This document shows positions 47,720 through 56,812 of a stretch of 64,000 bases of DNA, piece after piece; position 1 is the stretch's first letter, and every line of letters starts with the position of its first letter. Position numbers and translations under genes: made by a program. Source of the stretch: an uncultured Fibrobacterota bacterium (lineage in GTDB: Bacteria > Fibrobacterota > Chitinivibrionia > Chitinivibrionales > FEN-1185). Location: contig CAVWBU010000041.1 of assembly GCA_963753345.1 (NCBI GenBank), positions 192,001 through 256,000 of the forward strand. The letters run 5' to 3'. The notes below the pieces were generated by a model. The model worked only from the letters and a program-made list of their open reading frames with translations, did not search any database and had not been told where the DNA came from.

Positions 47720-48478
47720 CTAATCGCCGGGAGGATGGTCCTTTGTCAGGTCATCAACAATACTCTTCAATTTTCCAAAATGGCTCCCCTGCCAGTACAC
47801 CTTGCCGCATGACGCACATCGGTGGAATTCTCGATAGCATTCCTTGGTCTTCCGCGGCACCAGCGCAAGAACCGATTCCGCGGACGCCCGTTCCATGGCG
47901 CCGTTGCACAGCATGCACCGCGAAAACGGCCTCATGGCAGGCACGAGGTCGAACCGCCGCACCACTTCGCGGGCCTGCTCGCGCGGCCGCGTGCTGCGCA
48001 CGCAGTACCCGCGGCTGACTGCTTTACGCTTGAGAATTCCCCTGTCGCGGGTGAGAACACACCGTTGGTGCGAAACGGCGGCCTCAACAATTTCCTCATC
48101 GGCGTAATCGTTTTTGTACAGGGTATCGAATCCCGCAAGGCGCAGCAGGCGCGCAAGCGCGCCCAGGTGCACGTCGCAGATAAACGAAGGCTCCCGCAGC
48201 GGCGCCGGCCGCAGCTTTACGACAGGAGATATGTCGAGCGATTCGAACAACGGATACACCGCCGCCGCATCGCCGTTTTCGAGCCGGTGGCCGAACTCGA
48301 CGGAAACGCCGTTCACCACGATCAGGTCGATTTCGGTGTGCGGCACGCCGAGCGCCTCTACGGCGTCCTTTACCGAAGGGCTTCCGTCGAAACGGTACTC
48401 AAACCGCTTTCTGCGCTTGTCCAGCGGCAGAAAATCGTTGAGCTCCTCGTAGAACCTGAAGGTGCAGGCGGACCACAT
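47720..48478 (-). CDS. Mut7-C RNase (PIN) domain protein with N-terminal ubiquitin-like domain
   Basis: FRFYEELNDFL..GVPHTEID; FICDVHLGALARLLR..LTRDR; RCxxCNG..CxxCGKVYWQGSH. Confidence 0.88.
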   Translation of the reverse strand: MWSACTFRFYEELNDFLPLDKRRKRFEYRFDGSPSVKDAVEALGVPHTEIDLIVVNGVSVEFGHRLENGDAAAVYPLFESLDISPVVKLRPAPLREPSFICDVHLGALARLLRLAGFDTLYKNDYADEEIVEAAVSHQRCVLTRDRGILKRKAVSRGYCVRSTRPREQAREVVRRFDLVPAMRPFSRCMLCNGAMERASAESVLALVPRKTKECYREFHRCASCGKVYWQGSHFGKLKSIVDDLTKDHPPGD

Positions 48479-48643
48479 GACGAAAGAATAATTCGCGCCG
48501 CGGTATCGGAGAAACGTGTGCCTGCGGTTTCGTCTGATCCCCCGTTCCTGTCCGCCCGCGATTATTTTATTGATGCGCGCACCCCTTCCCTGTCACTAGG
48601 GACGAGGTTCTTCAATATTTTCCACCTATATCCGAGAGGCCAT

Positions 48644-49582
48644 ATGAAGAACAGGTTGGCACTGCTGTTTCTCATATTTCTTGCCACCGCTGCAACCGCC
48701 GGGAAACCGAAACGCGACGTGTTTGTTTTTATTCCGGACCTCACTGAACGAAAGCTTGGCTTTGCGCTTTCCCCGGAGGAAAAGGCGGAGAACAAGGACT
48801 TCATAGCGCGCAGGATCGGGCGGCTTGCAAAAGGGGTTCCGTGCATTGCGAAATGCAACACGGCATCTGTGGATTCGGCGAAAGCGAAACGCGCCATAGT
48901 CGCCGTTTTTCTGATCAAACAATTCTTCCTGTCCTATTACAGCATCGGTTATCGTCAGGGAACAACAAACGCGCTGCTCGCGGTTTTTGATACTGCGAAC
49001 GGGTATTCCCGGCCTTGTTTTACCGTCTCCGGCTGCGATACGGGAACCACCTGGTGGGGCAACTACAAACCTTTCACCACGTCTCTGAGATCGGTGATCT
49101 ATTCTTTCGAAGACTCTTTCAAGAAGGCGAAGGACCGAGGTCAATCCATATCATCAGGAACTATTGAGGAACTTGCGCTTTCATCGCCGACCGCAGATTG
49201 CGATGCCACGGTGTATTTGAGAACGCCGCAGTTCACGCCCGAAACCATAGGGTATGCGCCGACCGATGAGGAGATGCACGATTTCTCGAACGAAATAGCG
49301 TATTATCTTGAATCGATAACCGGAAAACGCGTCCTCATTTTCGAAAAGGGTGCGGAAGACAGCATTTCCTCTTGCGCAAAACAATTCGCGGAATTCGAAA
49401 TTTCCCGGAAGAACAGCACTTTCTCTCTTTTGTTGTTTCCAAAATCCACAGAAGCCGGCATTACATTCAAGAAAAGTCTTGTGGCAGGAAAAGATGCCGA
49501 TTGGAGTGACAGTGAACTCTTCTGCAACCTCATCTCCGATGCGTTCCTAAGGTTCTCCAGAGACTTTTTGGCAAAGAAATAA
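48644..49582 (+). CDS. Secreted hypothetical protein with internal domain duplication
   Basis: GAGG SD and signal peptide MKNRLALLFLIFLATAATA; two similar segments. Confidence 0.6.
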   Translation: MKNRLALLFLIFLATAATAGKPKRDVFVFIPDLTERKLGFALSPEEKAENKDFIARRIGRLAKGVPCIAKCNTASVDSAKAKRAIVAVFLIKQFFLSYYSIGYRQGTTNALLAVFDTANGYSRPCFTVSGCDTGTTWWGNYKPFTTSLRSVIYSFEDSFKKAKDRGQSISSGTIEELALSSPTADCDATVYLRTPQFTPETIGYAPTDEEMHDFSNEIAYYLESITGKRVLIFEKGAEDSISSCAKQFAEFEISRKNSTFSLLLFPKSTEAGITFKKSLVAGKDADWSDSELFCNLISDAFLRFSRDFLAKK

Positions 49583-49605
49583 TCCTGAAAACAGGGTGAA
49601 CTACT

Positions 49606-50613
49606 ATGACAAACATTGCCAGAACTTCAAATCCCCTTTTTGCACTCACCATGGGCGACCCCGCCGGCATCGGTCCGGAAATCGCCCTCAAGGCGCTTTC
49701 TTCTCCGGAACTTCCCGCCGGATGCGATGTTTTCATCATCGGCGATTTCTGCATCTTGGAAAAAACCTCGGCTCAACTCAAACGTGCAGACAGGTTCCAC
49801 GCAATGTCGTCCGCTCAGGATTTCCGGCGCGGCAGCATCAACATACTTGACATGAAGGAGATCGACTGCAAAGATTTCGCCGTGGGAAAAACACAGGCGG
49901 CATGCGGAAAGGCATCGTTCAATTATATAATTAAGGGAATTGACCTGTGCCTTGACAAGCAAATAGGCGGCATCATAACCAACCCCATCAGCAAGGAAGC
50001 GCTTCACCTCGCCGGCATCAACTACCCCGGCCACACCGAAATCCTCGCCGACAAGACCGGCGCCACAGATTTCTCCATGGTGTTCGCGCTTGACAATGTC
50101 TATGTCGCGCATGTCACCACGCACGTGAGCCTGCGCGACGCCATCGGACTTGTCACCTGCGACAGGGTGCTCATGAACATCCGTCTTCTGCACACAACGC
50201 TCAAACGCCTCGCCGTAAAGGCGCCCCGGATCGCGGTGGGCGGACTCAACCCGCATGCTGGCGAGAACGGGCTGTTCGGCGACGAGGAAATAAAACACAT
50301 TGCACCCGCGGTGGAACTTGCCAAAAAGGAAGGCATCGGCGCTTGGGGCCCGTATCCGCCCGATACAGTATTTTCGCGCGCGTTCAAGGGCGAATTCGAC
50401 GGCGTGGTTGCCATGCTGCACGACCACGGGTTCGTGGCGCTCAAGTCGCGCGATTTTGAGAACGGGGTGAACATCACCGTCGGCCTTCCCATTATCCGCA
50501 CGTCGGTGGGCCACGGGACCGCATTCGACATTGCAGGAAAAGGCATCGCTTCGGAAAAGAGCCTGCTGGCGGCGATCAGGGCGGCGGTGATGCTGTGGAA
50601 AAATAAGAGTTGA
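49606..50613 (+). CDS. pdxA: 4-hydroxythreonine-4-phosphate dehydrogenase (PdxA family)
   Basis: TMGDPAGIGPE, GHTE, LNPHAGE, PPDT, IRTSVGHGTAFDIAG. Confidence 0.92.
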   Translation: MTNIARTSNPLFALTMGDPAGIGPEIALKALSSPELPAGCDVFIIGDFCILEKTSAQLKRADRFHAMSSAQDFRRGSINILDMKEIDCKDFAVGKTQAACGKASFNYIIKGIDLCLDKQIGGIITNPISKEALHLAGINYPGHTEILADKTGATDFSMVFALDNVYVAHVTTHVSLRDAIGLVTCDRVLMNIRLLHTTLKRLAVKAPRIAVGGLNPHAGENGLFGDEEIKHIAPAVELAKKEGIGAWGPYPPDTVFSRAFKGEFDGVVAMLHDHGFVALKSRDFENGVNITVGLPIIRTSVGHGTAFDIAGKGIASEKSLLAAIRAAVMLWKNKS

Positions 50614-50643
50614 CAGTTGACGGTTGGCGGTTGACAGTTGAAA
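50609..50643. repeat. Tandem heptamer GTTGACA-like x5 overlapping the pdxA stop
   Basis: GTTGACA GTTGACG GTTGGCG GTTGACA GTTGAAA. Confidence 0.65.
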
Positions 50644-50674
50644 AAGCCCGGAAGGATGACCCAAAGCTTCAGTC

Positions 50675-50858
50675 TGGCGCGAAACAAAACTTGACAGATT
50701 TGATTTCCTCTGCCGCGCGTTAGGGGCGACTGAAGTGGTCCCGCCATAGCGGGATTGCCGCCTGATCCCTCCCCGAAGGGGACTAGGGACAGGCGACAAC
50801 GAGGCGAACAGCCGAGCCCGAAGGAGAACCGACCCGAGCGCAGCGAGGGAAACGCCCA
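50675..50858. repeat. Structured dispersed repeat, copy 2
   Basis: Homologous to 45225-45420 with compensatory stem changes. Confidence 0.7.
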
Positions 50859-50882
50859 ACTCTTTTCCTTCTTATTTATCTA

Positions 50883-51707
50883 CTAATTACCGCTTGCGCA
50901 CCTAAACCCGATCATACTGTCCCTGGTCTTCGGCTCGTCGCTCCCGCGCGCCGCGCACCTGACCCTCTTTGCATCGTCCATCCACGAGCCGCCGCGCTCG
51001 ACCTGGAACCGTCCCGTGCTTGACAAAGGATTTCGCACCGTACTCGTGCGGTACATGTTGTCCGAAAACTTGTCGGCGCACCATTCGCGTACGTTGCCGA
51101 GCATGTCGTACAGGCCAAGCGCGTTGGGCCGTTTCTGGCCCACCGGATGGGTCCTGTTTCGGGAATCGCCGGCGTACCACACGCACCCCGTGTCCATGAC
51201 CACGCCCCAGTAGTACCGTGTGGTCGTTCCCCCGCGGGCCGCAAATTCCCATTCGGCCTCGGTGGGCAGGCGCTTGCCCAGCTTGTCGCAGTACTCTCTC
51301 GCTTCATACCACGACACGTATTCCACCGGGCAGTTCGGGCACTTGCCGAACGTCGAAGGGTTTTTCTTTGTTGCGCGCTCGTATTCGGTCTGCGTCACTT
51401 CGTATCTGTCAATGTAAAAACCGTCAACGCACACCTGGTGCTGGGGCCGCTCGTCGGCGTCACCCTCGCCCTCCGGACTCCCCATCACAAAACACCCGCC
51501 CTCGACATGCGCCATGTTGACATGCGAGGGTCCCGCCGGAACTTCGGCCTGCAGCGCCTGGGCGTTGATTGCCGAATCGGATTCGGAATCGGGCTGGACG
51601 GTGTCGGCGACGCCGGGAATGCGGAGGTACATCTTGACTTCTCCGGCGTGAGCGGACAATGCCGTAAGAAAGACAATGGTTGATATGATTGCAAGGAAGA
51701 GTCTCAT
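50883..51707 (-). CDS. Secreted formylglycine-generating enzyme (SUMF1/FGE-sulfatase) family protein
   Basis: Signal peptide; FVMGS, YEVT, RLPTEAEWE, NALGLYDMLGNVREW, RGGSW, GFRC. Confidence 0.9.
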   Translation of the reverse strand: MRLFLAIISTIVFLTALSAHAGEVKMYLRIPGVADTVQPDSESDSAINAQALQAEVPAGPSHVNMAHVEGGCFVMGSPEGEGDADERPQHQVCVDGFYIDRYEVTQTEYERATKKNPSTFGKCPNCPVEYVSWYEAREYCDKLGKRLPTEAEWEFAARGGTTTRYYWGVVMDTGCVWYAGDSRNRTHPVGQKRPNALGLYDMLGNVREWCADKFSDNMYRTSTVRNPLSSTGRFQVERGGSWMDDAKRVRCAARGSDEPKTRDSMIGFRCASGN

Positions 51708-51791
51708 TGATCCCGCTTCTTTGACTGATTGGTATTTATGCGCTTCACTTGACAATTGCACTTTTCCCATTCTTGTGCACCGCGTATACGG

Positions 51792-52439
51792 TTACTTGGC
51801 TTTCTGCGACAACGTGTCTTTTGCGGCCGGCACGGTCTTCTTTGCGGCAGGTACGGCCGCGACCTCAACCAGCGACACCTTGGTAATCACGACGGGCGTT
51901 ACGGGCACGTCCTGGTACATGCCCGAATTTCCCGTGGGCTCGTTCTCGATGGCCGTCACCACGTTGAGTCCCGACACCACTTTTCCGAAAACGCAATAGC
52001 CCCACCCTTCCGGGTCCTTGCTCCTAAAATTAAGGAACGCGTTATCCTTGACGTTGACAAAAAACTGCGCGGTCGCGGAATTGGGGTCGGGCGTTCGCGC
52101 CATGGCAAGCGTGCCCAGGCCGTTCTTGAGGCCGTTGTCCGCTTCGTTGACCACCGGCGGCCTGGTGGGCTTTTCGGTCATGTCCTTTGTAAAGCCGCCG
52201 CCCTGGATCATGAAATTCTTGATGACGCGGTGAAAAATGGTGCCGTCGTAAAATCCGTCATGAACATACTGGAGAAAATTCGCCACGGTCTTCGGGGCCG
52301 CCTTGGAGAAAAGCTCGGCAACAATGGTGCCCTTGGTGGTCTCGATCTTCACGCGCGGGTTTGCTGCGCCGTCGGCGGCGAATGTGGTCAATGACCCAGC
52401 GAGAACTGCGGCTGTTGCAATGGCAATCAACTTCTTCAT
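51792..52439 (-). CDS. ppiA: Periplasmic cyclophilin-type peptidyl-prolyl isomerase
   Basis: Signal peptide; FHRVIKNFMIQGGG, AMART, SATAQFF, GYCVFG. Confidence 0.9.
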   Translation of the reverse strand: MKKLIAIATAAVLAGSLTTFAADGAANPRVKIETTKGTIVAELFSKAAPKTVANFLQYVHDGFYDGTIFHRVIKNFMIQGGGFTKDMTEKPTRPPVVNEADNGLKNGLGTLAMARTPDPNSATAQFFVNVKDNAFLNFRSKDPEGWGYCVFGKVVSGLNVVTAIENEPTGNSGMYQDVPVTPVVITKVSLVEVAAVPAAKKTVPAAKDTLSQKAK

Positions 52440-52459
52440 GAAAGACTCCTTGCTAATAC

Positions 52460-52596
52460 TTGTTGATGAATTGATGGGTTATTGGGTTAATGATTGAACG
52501 CGCTCATGAGTTGTTGGATTGAAGGGTGAAGAGCGATAAAGAAGATATGCCTTCCGGTGACGCTTCAATTCATCAACCATGCAACAGTTCACTTCA
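52460..52596. repeat. Imperfect inverted octamer arrays (TTGATGAA-like / TTCATCAA-like)
   Basis: Degenerate 8-mer units on both sides of the spacer, ending at the stop of the 52594-52878 gene. Confidence 0.45.
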
Positions 52597-52878
52597 GTCC
52601 CACTTGAACGGCGACTCGTAATCGCCTTCGATCTCCTCGGGTTTTTCCTTTGCCGTCTTGAACTTCTGCTCGATCTCGGCCTTGCGCTTCGCCTTTTCCT
52701 CCGCCGCTTTCTTGAACTTGTCCTCCCACTGGGAGCTCTTTTCCTTCTGCTGCTTTACAAAATCATCAAAATCAGTCTTCTTCTGGTCGGCCGACTTGTG
52801 GTCCACCACCCTGCCGGTCGACTGGTCCACCCAGAGGGTTCCCTTGCACAGGGGACACTTCACTTCAAAAAGGCTCAT
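52594..52878 (-). CDS. Small CxxC + coiled-coil hypothetical protein
   Basis: EVKCPLCKGTLWVD..GRVV then charged helix; GGAGG SD. Confidence 0.75.
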   Translation of the reverse strand: MSLFEVKCPLCKGTLWVDQSTGRVVDHKSADQKKTDFDDFVKQQKEKSSQWEDKFKKAAEEKAKRKAEIEQKFKTAKEKPEEIEGDYESPFKWD

Positions 52879-53129
52879 TACATGCCTCCGGCTTTCGGGT
52901 GAGAACCGGGAACGCGCTCCCGGATGCTCGATGACTAGTCTCTAAAATAACTTTTAAATGATTTCCCCGACCACTTTTTTCCCTGCCGCCCCGAAGTTCG
53001 GCTCAAGACACTACAACCTTGCCCGGCGGCCAATTTATATTATTGCGGACCTTCCACCGCGCCAAGCCTGTCTGCAACCGAATCGGGTGCCGCCCCGGGC
53101 GGCGCCACGTGGAACCATTTCGTCGTATT

Positions 53130-53987
53130 ATGGAAAATCAATCCGAACTTCCCTTTGAAGGATTTAAGCGCTTCGTTCAGGAACCGCTCGAAGCGGACGA
53201 CCCGCTTTCCTTCGACCGGGTGAAGAATATCCTCCTCGAAAACCCCGGCGCGCAGAGCGACCCGTTCAGGTTTCTCGTGCAGCGCTTGACAGGAAAGACT
53301 TTCCGCGGCCGGGACGCGCGCGACCGCTGGCAGAAGATCCTTGCGCACAAGGCCGACATGCAGGCGAAACTCGGGCGCCCCGTCACCATCGGGGTCGCCG
53401 CCGCCGACTACTTCGACGTCATCGGACCCGCTGGAACCCCGATGCTTGACGACCCGGCGCTTGCCGACCCCGCCCTGCCCGGAAGCGGCGTCGACCGCGA
53501 GGAATGGATCAACCGCGCGTACGCGCCCGGCTACCACCTGGAAAAGCTCAAGGAGGAAATGATGCGCGCCAAACGGTACCGGCATGCGCTGTCGGCGCTG
53601 TTGCTCGACGTCGACCATTTTCACAAAATCAACCAGGATTTCTCGTTCAAGACCGGAGACGAAGTGCTCACCCTTATCGTGAAGATCATCAAGAAGACGG
53701 TCCGTGCGGTCGACATCATCACGCGCTATTCGGGCGACCGGTTTCTTATCATTCTCCCCAACACCAACCGACGGGAGGCCTGCGAGCTCGCCGAGCGCCT
53801 TCGCGCCAACGTCGGGGAACGCACCGGCCGCATCAAGGGGCTTTCGGCCGGCGTGACGGCAACGCTCGCGGCGGGCCAATCCTCAAAGGAAAGCGCGTCC
53901 GCGGAATTCATGAAATCCCTTGAATGCACCCTGGAAGAGGGCAAGAAGAAAAGCCGGAACGCGGTATACATATGCGAGGGATGTTAG
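53130..53987 (+). CDS. GGDEF-domain protein with degenerate active site (SGDRF)
   Basis: LLLDVDHFHKINQ..GDEVL..RAVDIITRYSGDRF. Confidence 0.85.
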   Translation: MENQSELPFEGFKRFVQEPLEADDPLSFDRVKNILLENPGAQSDPFRFLVQRLTGKTFRGRDARDRWQKILAHKADMQAKLGRPVTIGVAAADYFDVIGPAGTPMLDDPALADPALPGSGVDREEWINRAYAPGYHLEKLKEEMMRAKRYRHALSALLLDVDHFHKINQDFSFKTGDEVLTLIVKIIKKTVRAVDIITRYSGDRFLIILPNTNRREACELAERLRANVGERTGRIKGLSAGVTATLAAGQSSKESASAEFMKSLECTLEEGKKKSRNAVYICEGC

Positions 53988-54068
53988 CGAATTTGTTTTT
54001 GCGGCCCGGTGATTTTGATTATATTAGTACGTTGTGTTTCAAGTCTTTAAAATCGGGGTGGTACGGCT

Positions 54069-54413
54069 ATGGAAATCGGCGGCCGGGAATCGAACAAGTT
54101 TCATATCATCGATGTTGTCGGAAAAATAGACAGACTCAAGGACTCGATCATTCTCAAGTCGTACATCAACACGCTGCTTGAGAAGAACATTCTCAACATC
54201 GCGCTCAACCTGTCCCAGGTCACCTATCTCGACAGCGGCGCGCTCAACGTTCTCATTTACAGCCACAACACCCTCAAAAAACGCGACGGAGTGCTGGTCA
54301 TTATCGAACCGAACGAATACGTCAAAGACGTGCTCGACGTTGTTGGACTCAACAAACTGGTCAAAATCTACGCGACCGAGGAGGAGTTCGAGAATGAAAC
54401 AAAGCGTGGTTAG
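54069..54413 (+). CDS. STAS-domain anti-sigma factor antagonist
   Basis: LNLSQVTYLDSGAL motif, 114 aa. Confidence 0.9.
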   Translation: MEIGGRESNKFHIIDVVGKIDRLKDSIILKSYINTLLEKNILNIALNLSQVTYLDSGALNVLIYSHNTLKKRDGVLVIIEPNEYVKDVLDVVGLNKLVKIYATEEEFENETKRG

Positions 54414-54741
54414 CGTCCTTACCTGCATGCTGGTCCTGGCAGTGGCCGGCGGCTGTTTCATGAAGCCGTTTATCAAGCCGACCCAGGAAAAAATCGATCA
54501 GTATCTGCAAGCCCACCCGGACCTTCCCGATCTCGACAAGCAATGCATCACCGACGGCAGGTTCGAAGTCGGCATGAAAGTGGAAACGCTGGAATTCCTG
54601 CTTGAAAAGCCGGACAAACTCGAAGTCGTGAAGCAGCCGTGGGCCACCCAGGAGAACTGGATCTACAACAAGAACGGGAAAAAGACGTTCATCATCGAAG
54701 AGAAACATGTGGTGGGCATTCTCGAAACGGCCAAGAAATAG
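54394..54741 (+). CDS. Lipoprotein, hypothetical (SmpA/BamE-like body)
   Basis: Lipobox-like VAGGC; VGM....LLEKP..ENWIY. Confidence 0.6.
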   Translation: MKQSVVSVLTCMLVLAVAGGCFMKPFIKPTQEKIDQYLQAHPDLPDLDKQCITDGRFEVGMKVETLEFLLEKPDKLEVVKQPWATQENWIYNKNGKKTFIIEEKHVVGILETAKK

Positions 54742-54817
54742 CGGCCGCTTCCGTTTGATGTAAGCGCATCAGGGCGAGAAAACCATCTCGCCTTTTTAAT
54801 TTGCAAAGGGATCTGAC

Positions 54818-55450
54818 GTGCACATTTTCGACATTGTCTGCGGGTGTGTTGCGCTCATCTTTGTCATTCTCGGCATCAGGCGGGGGCTCGTGGAGGAGGT
54901 GGGCCGCGTCGCGGCCGTTGTGGGCGGCTTTTTTGCGGCCCTGTCGCTGTACCGGCAGGGCGCCGTGTACCTCAGGTTCCTGCGCCTTTCCGACACGGTG
55001 CTGTCCATTATCGCATTTCTGGTGATCTTCCTTGCCTGCCTCATTGTCATCGCGTTGCTCGGCATGGTCATCAAGAAGATCGTGCACTTCACCATGCTGG
55101 GCTGGGCCGACCGCCTGTGCGGCGGCCTGCTCGGATTTGTAAAGGTCTTCTTCCTCGTGTGGATCGTCGTGATCGCCGTGCGGTCTTTTCCGATCGGCCG
55201 CGTGCAGAACTGGTTCAAGCCCTCCATATCCTATTCGTTCTTCGTTGCGATATCGCCCGTTTTGCGCGCCCGCGGGCTGATGCCCTCCTACGGGCCGGTG
55301 CAGAATATTCTCAAGGCGAACCCGGTTCCCGCGATCACCAAAGCGATCGAAACAGCGGCGGCCGGTGCGGACTCGGCGCTGCGGAAGCAGGAGCATCAGG
55401 CATCTGTCAAGAGTCCCGCCAAACCGGCCGCAAAGGCCCCGGCACGGTAA
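54818..55450 (+). CDS. cvpA: CvpA-family membrane protein
   Basis: GIRRGLVEE..LGWADRLCGGLLG; several TM helices. Confidence 0.85.
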   Translation: MHIFDIVCGCVALIFVILGIRRGLVEEVGRVAAVVGGFFAALSLYRQGAVYLRFLRLSDTVLSIIAFLVIFLACLIVIALLGMVIKKIVHFTMLGWADRLCGGLLGFVKVFFLVWIVVIAVRSFPIGRVQNWFKPSISYSFFVAISPVLRARGLMPSYGPVQNILKANPVPAITKAIETAAAGADSALRKQEHQASVKSPAKPAAKAPAR

Positions 55451-55458
55451 GGGGCATC

Positions 55459-56277
55459 ATGGACCTTTTCTTTTCCATCGTTTCGGTTCTCTTCGGCCTT
55501 GTACTGGGGTCGTTTTTCAACGTCCTCATTTACCGCCTGCCGCGACGCGAATCAATTGTAAAGCCCGGATCGCATTGCCCGAACTGCAACAGGCCGGTAA
55601 GGCCCTGGGAAAACATTCCCCTGGCAAGTTTCGCGTTCCTGCGGGGAAAATGTGCGGGCTGCGGCTGGAAGATTCCCCTGCGCTACCCTCTTGTCGAGGC
55701 GGCAACCGGCGCGGCAGCGCTGGTGCTTTACATCTGCGTTGTTGCCCCGGCTGTCAAGACCGGGCTCACTCCAGTGATCGCGGCAACCCTCGCGCTTCAG
55801 GTGATAATCCTGCTGCTCATGATCCCCATCGCGATCATCGATTTTTCGCACTTTATCATTCCGGAGGTGATCACGGTGCCGGGAATTCTCCTCGCGGTCC
55901 TCGTTTCGTTCCTGCCCGGCGGCATAACACCTCTGCAGTGCGGCCTCGGCATTCTCATGGGCGGCGGATTTCTTTACAGCGCGGGATTTGTCGGACGGCT
56001 TGCATTCAGGAAAAAGGAAACCATGGGCTTCGGCGATGTGGAATTGCTGGCTCTCGCAGGCGCCGCGTTCGGATGGAAAATCGCCTTTCTGACCATATTG
56101 TTCGGGACGCTTGCGGGACTTGTCGGCGCTTTTGTGATATGGCGCATGGGGAAGCTGGCAAAGAGCCACATCATGCCGTTTGGCCCGTATCTTGGATTTG
56201 GGCTCTGGGTCGCCGCGCTGGCGGGAGATCCGATTGTGAAGTTTTATTTTTCCATTTTCGACAGGCTGCTTAGGTAG
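55459..56277 (+). CDS. pilD: Prepilin peptidase (A24, PilD-like)
   Basis: GSFFNVLIYRLP, SHCPNC..GKCAGC, RYPLVE, IID, MGFGD, PFGPYL. Confidence 0.92.
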   Translation: MDLFFSIVSVLFGLVLGSFFNVLIYRLPRRESIVKPGSHCPNCNRPVRPWENIPLASFAFLRGKCAGCGWKIPLRYPLVEAATGAAALVLYICVVAPAVKTGLTPVIAATLALQVIILLLMIPIAIIDFSHFIIPEVITVPGILLAVLVSFLPGGITPLQCGLGILMGGGFLYSAGFVGRLAFRKKETMGFGDVELLALAGAAFGWKIAFLTILFGTLAGLVGAFVIWRMGKLAKSHIMPFGPYLGFGLWVAALAGDPIVKFYFSIFDRLLR

Positions 56278-56675
56278 GGCGAAGCCGGTCTTTGAGGGTC
56301 AAGGAAATCTAATAATAGAATCAAATTCAAGATATGGAAGGGCCTAGCCGGCCCTTAGACCCGCCAAGGAAAATGCTTATTAAATCGCCCCACCAACCTC
56401 CCCCCGGGGAGGCTTTTTTCAGACGACTTTTCAAATTTCATGCCCAATAACGCAAGCCAAAAATACAGGGTGCGGTAATTCTAATTTCGCGGATTGATAA
56501 AGTGAAGTGTTTATCAGCAAGATTTTTCCAATTAGGCAAATTATGTGCAGTGTGTGCAATGACGGTATTCACCAGATACTTATTAATGCTTTGGACTTGA
56601 ATGGATACAACATTTTTACTTCACAACTGCCGCTCCAAGGGTGCGCGCTTGTGTAAATCCATTTCCATATTTTCT

Positions 56676-56708
56676 CCCTCTCCCCATGGGAGAGGGCGGG
56701 GTGAGGTT
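56676..56708. repeat. Truncated member of the CCCTCTCCC/GGGAGAGGG palindrome family
   Basis: CCCTCTCCC-CAT-GGGAGAGGG followed by CGGGGTGAGGTT, matching the terminus of copy B. Confidence 0.6.
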
Positions 56709-56812
56709 TTCGGCCTTGCCACAGACCCAACCACGCTGCACCCCGCGAAGCTCCTAAAAGAATTTGAATTTATTGGTTTAATTGTGGCAATTCTCCCCAT
56801 AGTCCGCATGCA

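Noticed and set aside
43270-48478. XPB helicase and Mut7-C RNase as a defence module
   Set aside because: Both are known stand-alone families with host-like codon usage, separated by purA and not in one operon.
47822-48643. N-terminal half of the 586 aa ORF
   Set aside because: Antisense to the Mut7-C gene; SD and signal peptide place the real start at 48644.
56278-56812. Small ORFs or gene remnant in the AT-rich pilD-MFS spacer
   Set aside because: ORFs of 62-71 aa run through palindromic repeats and lack SD or motifs.
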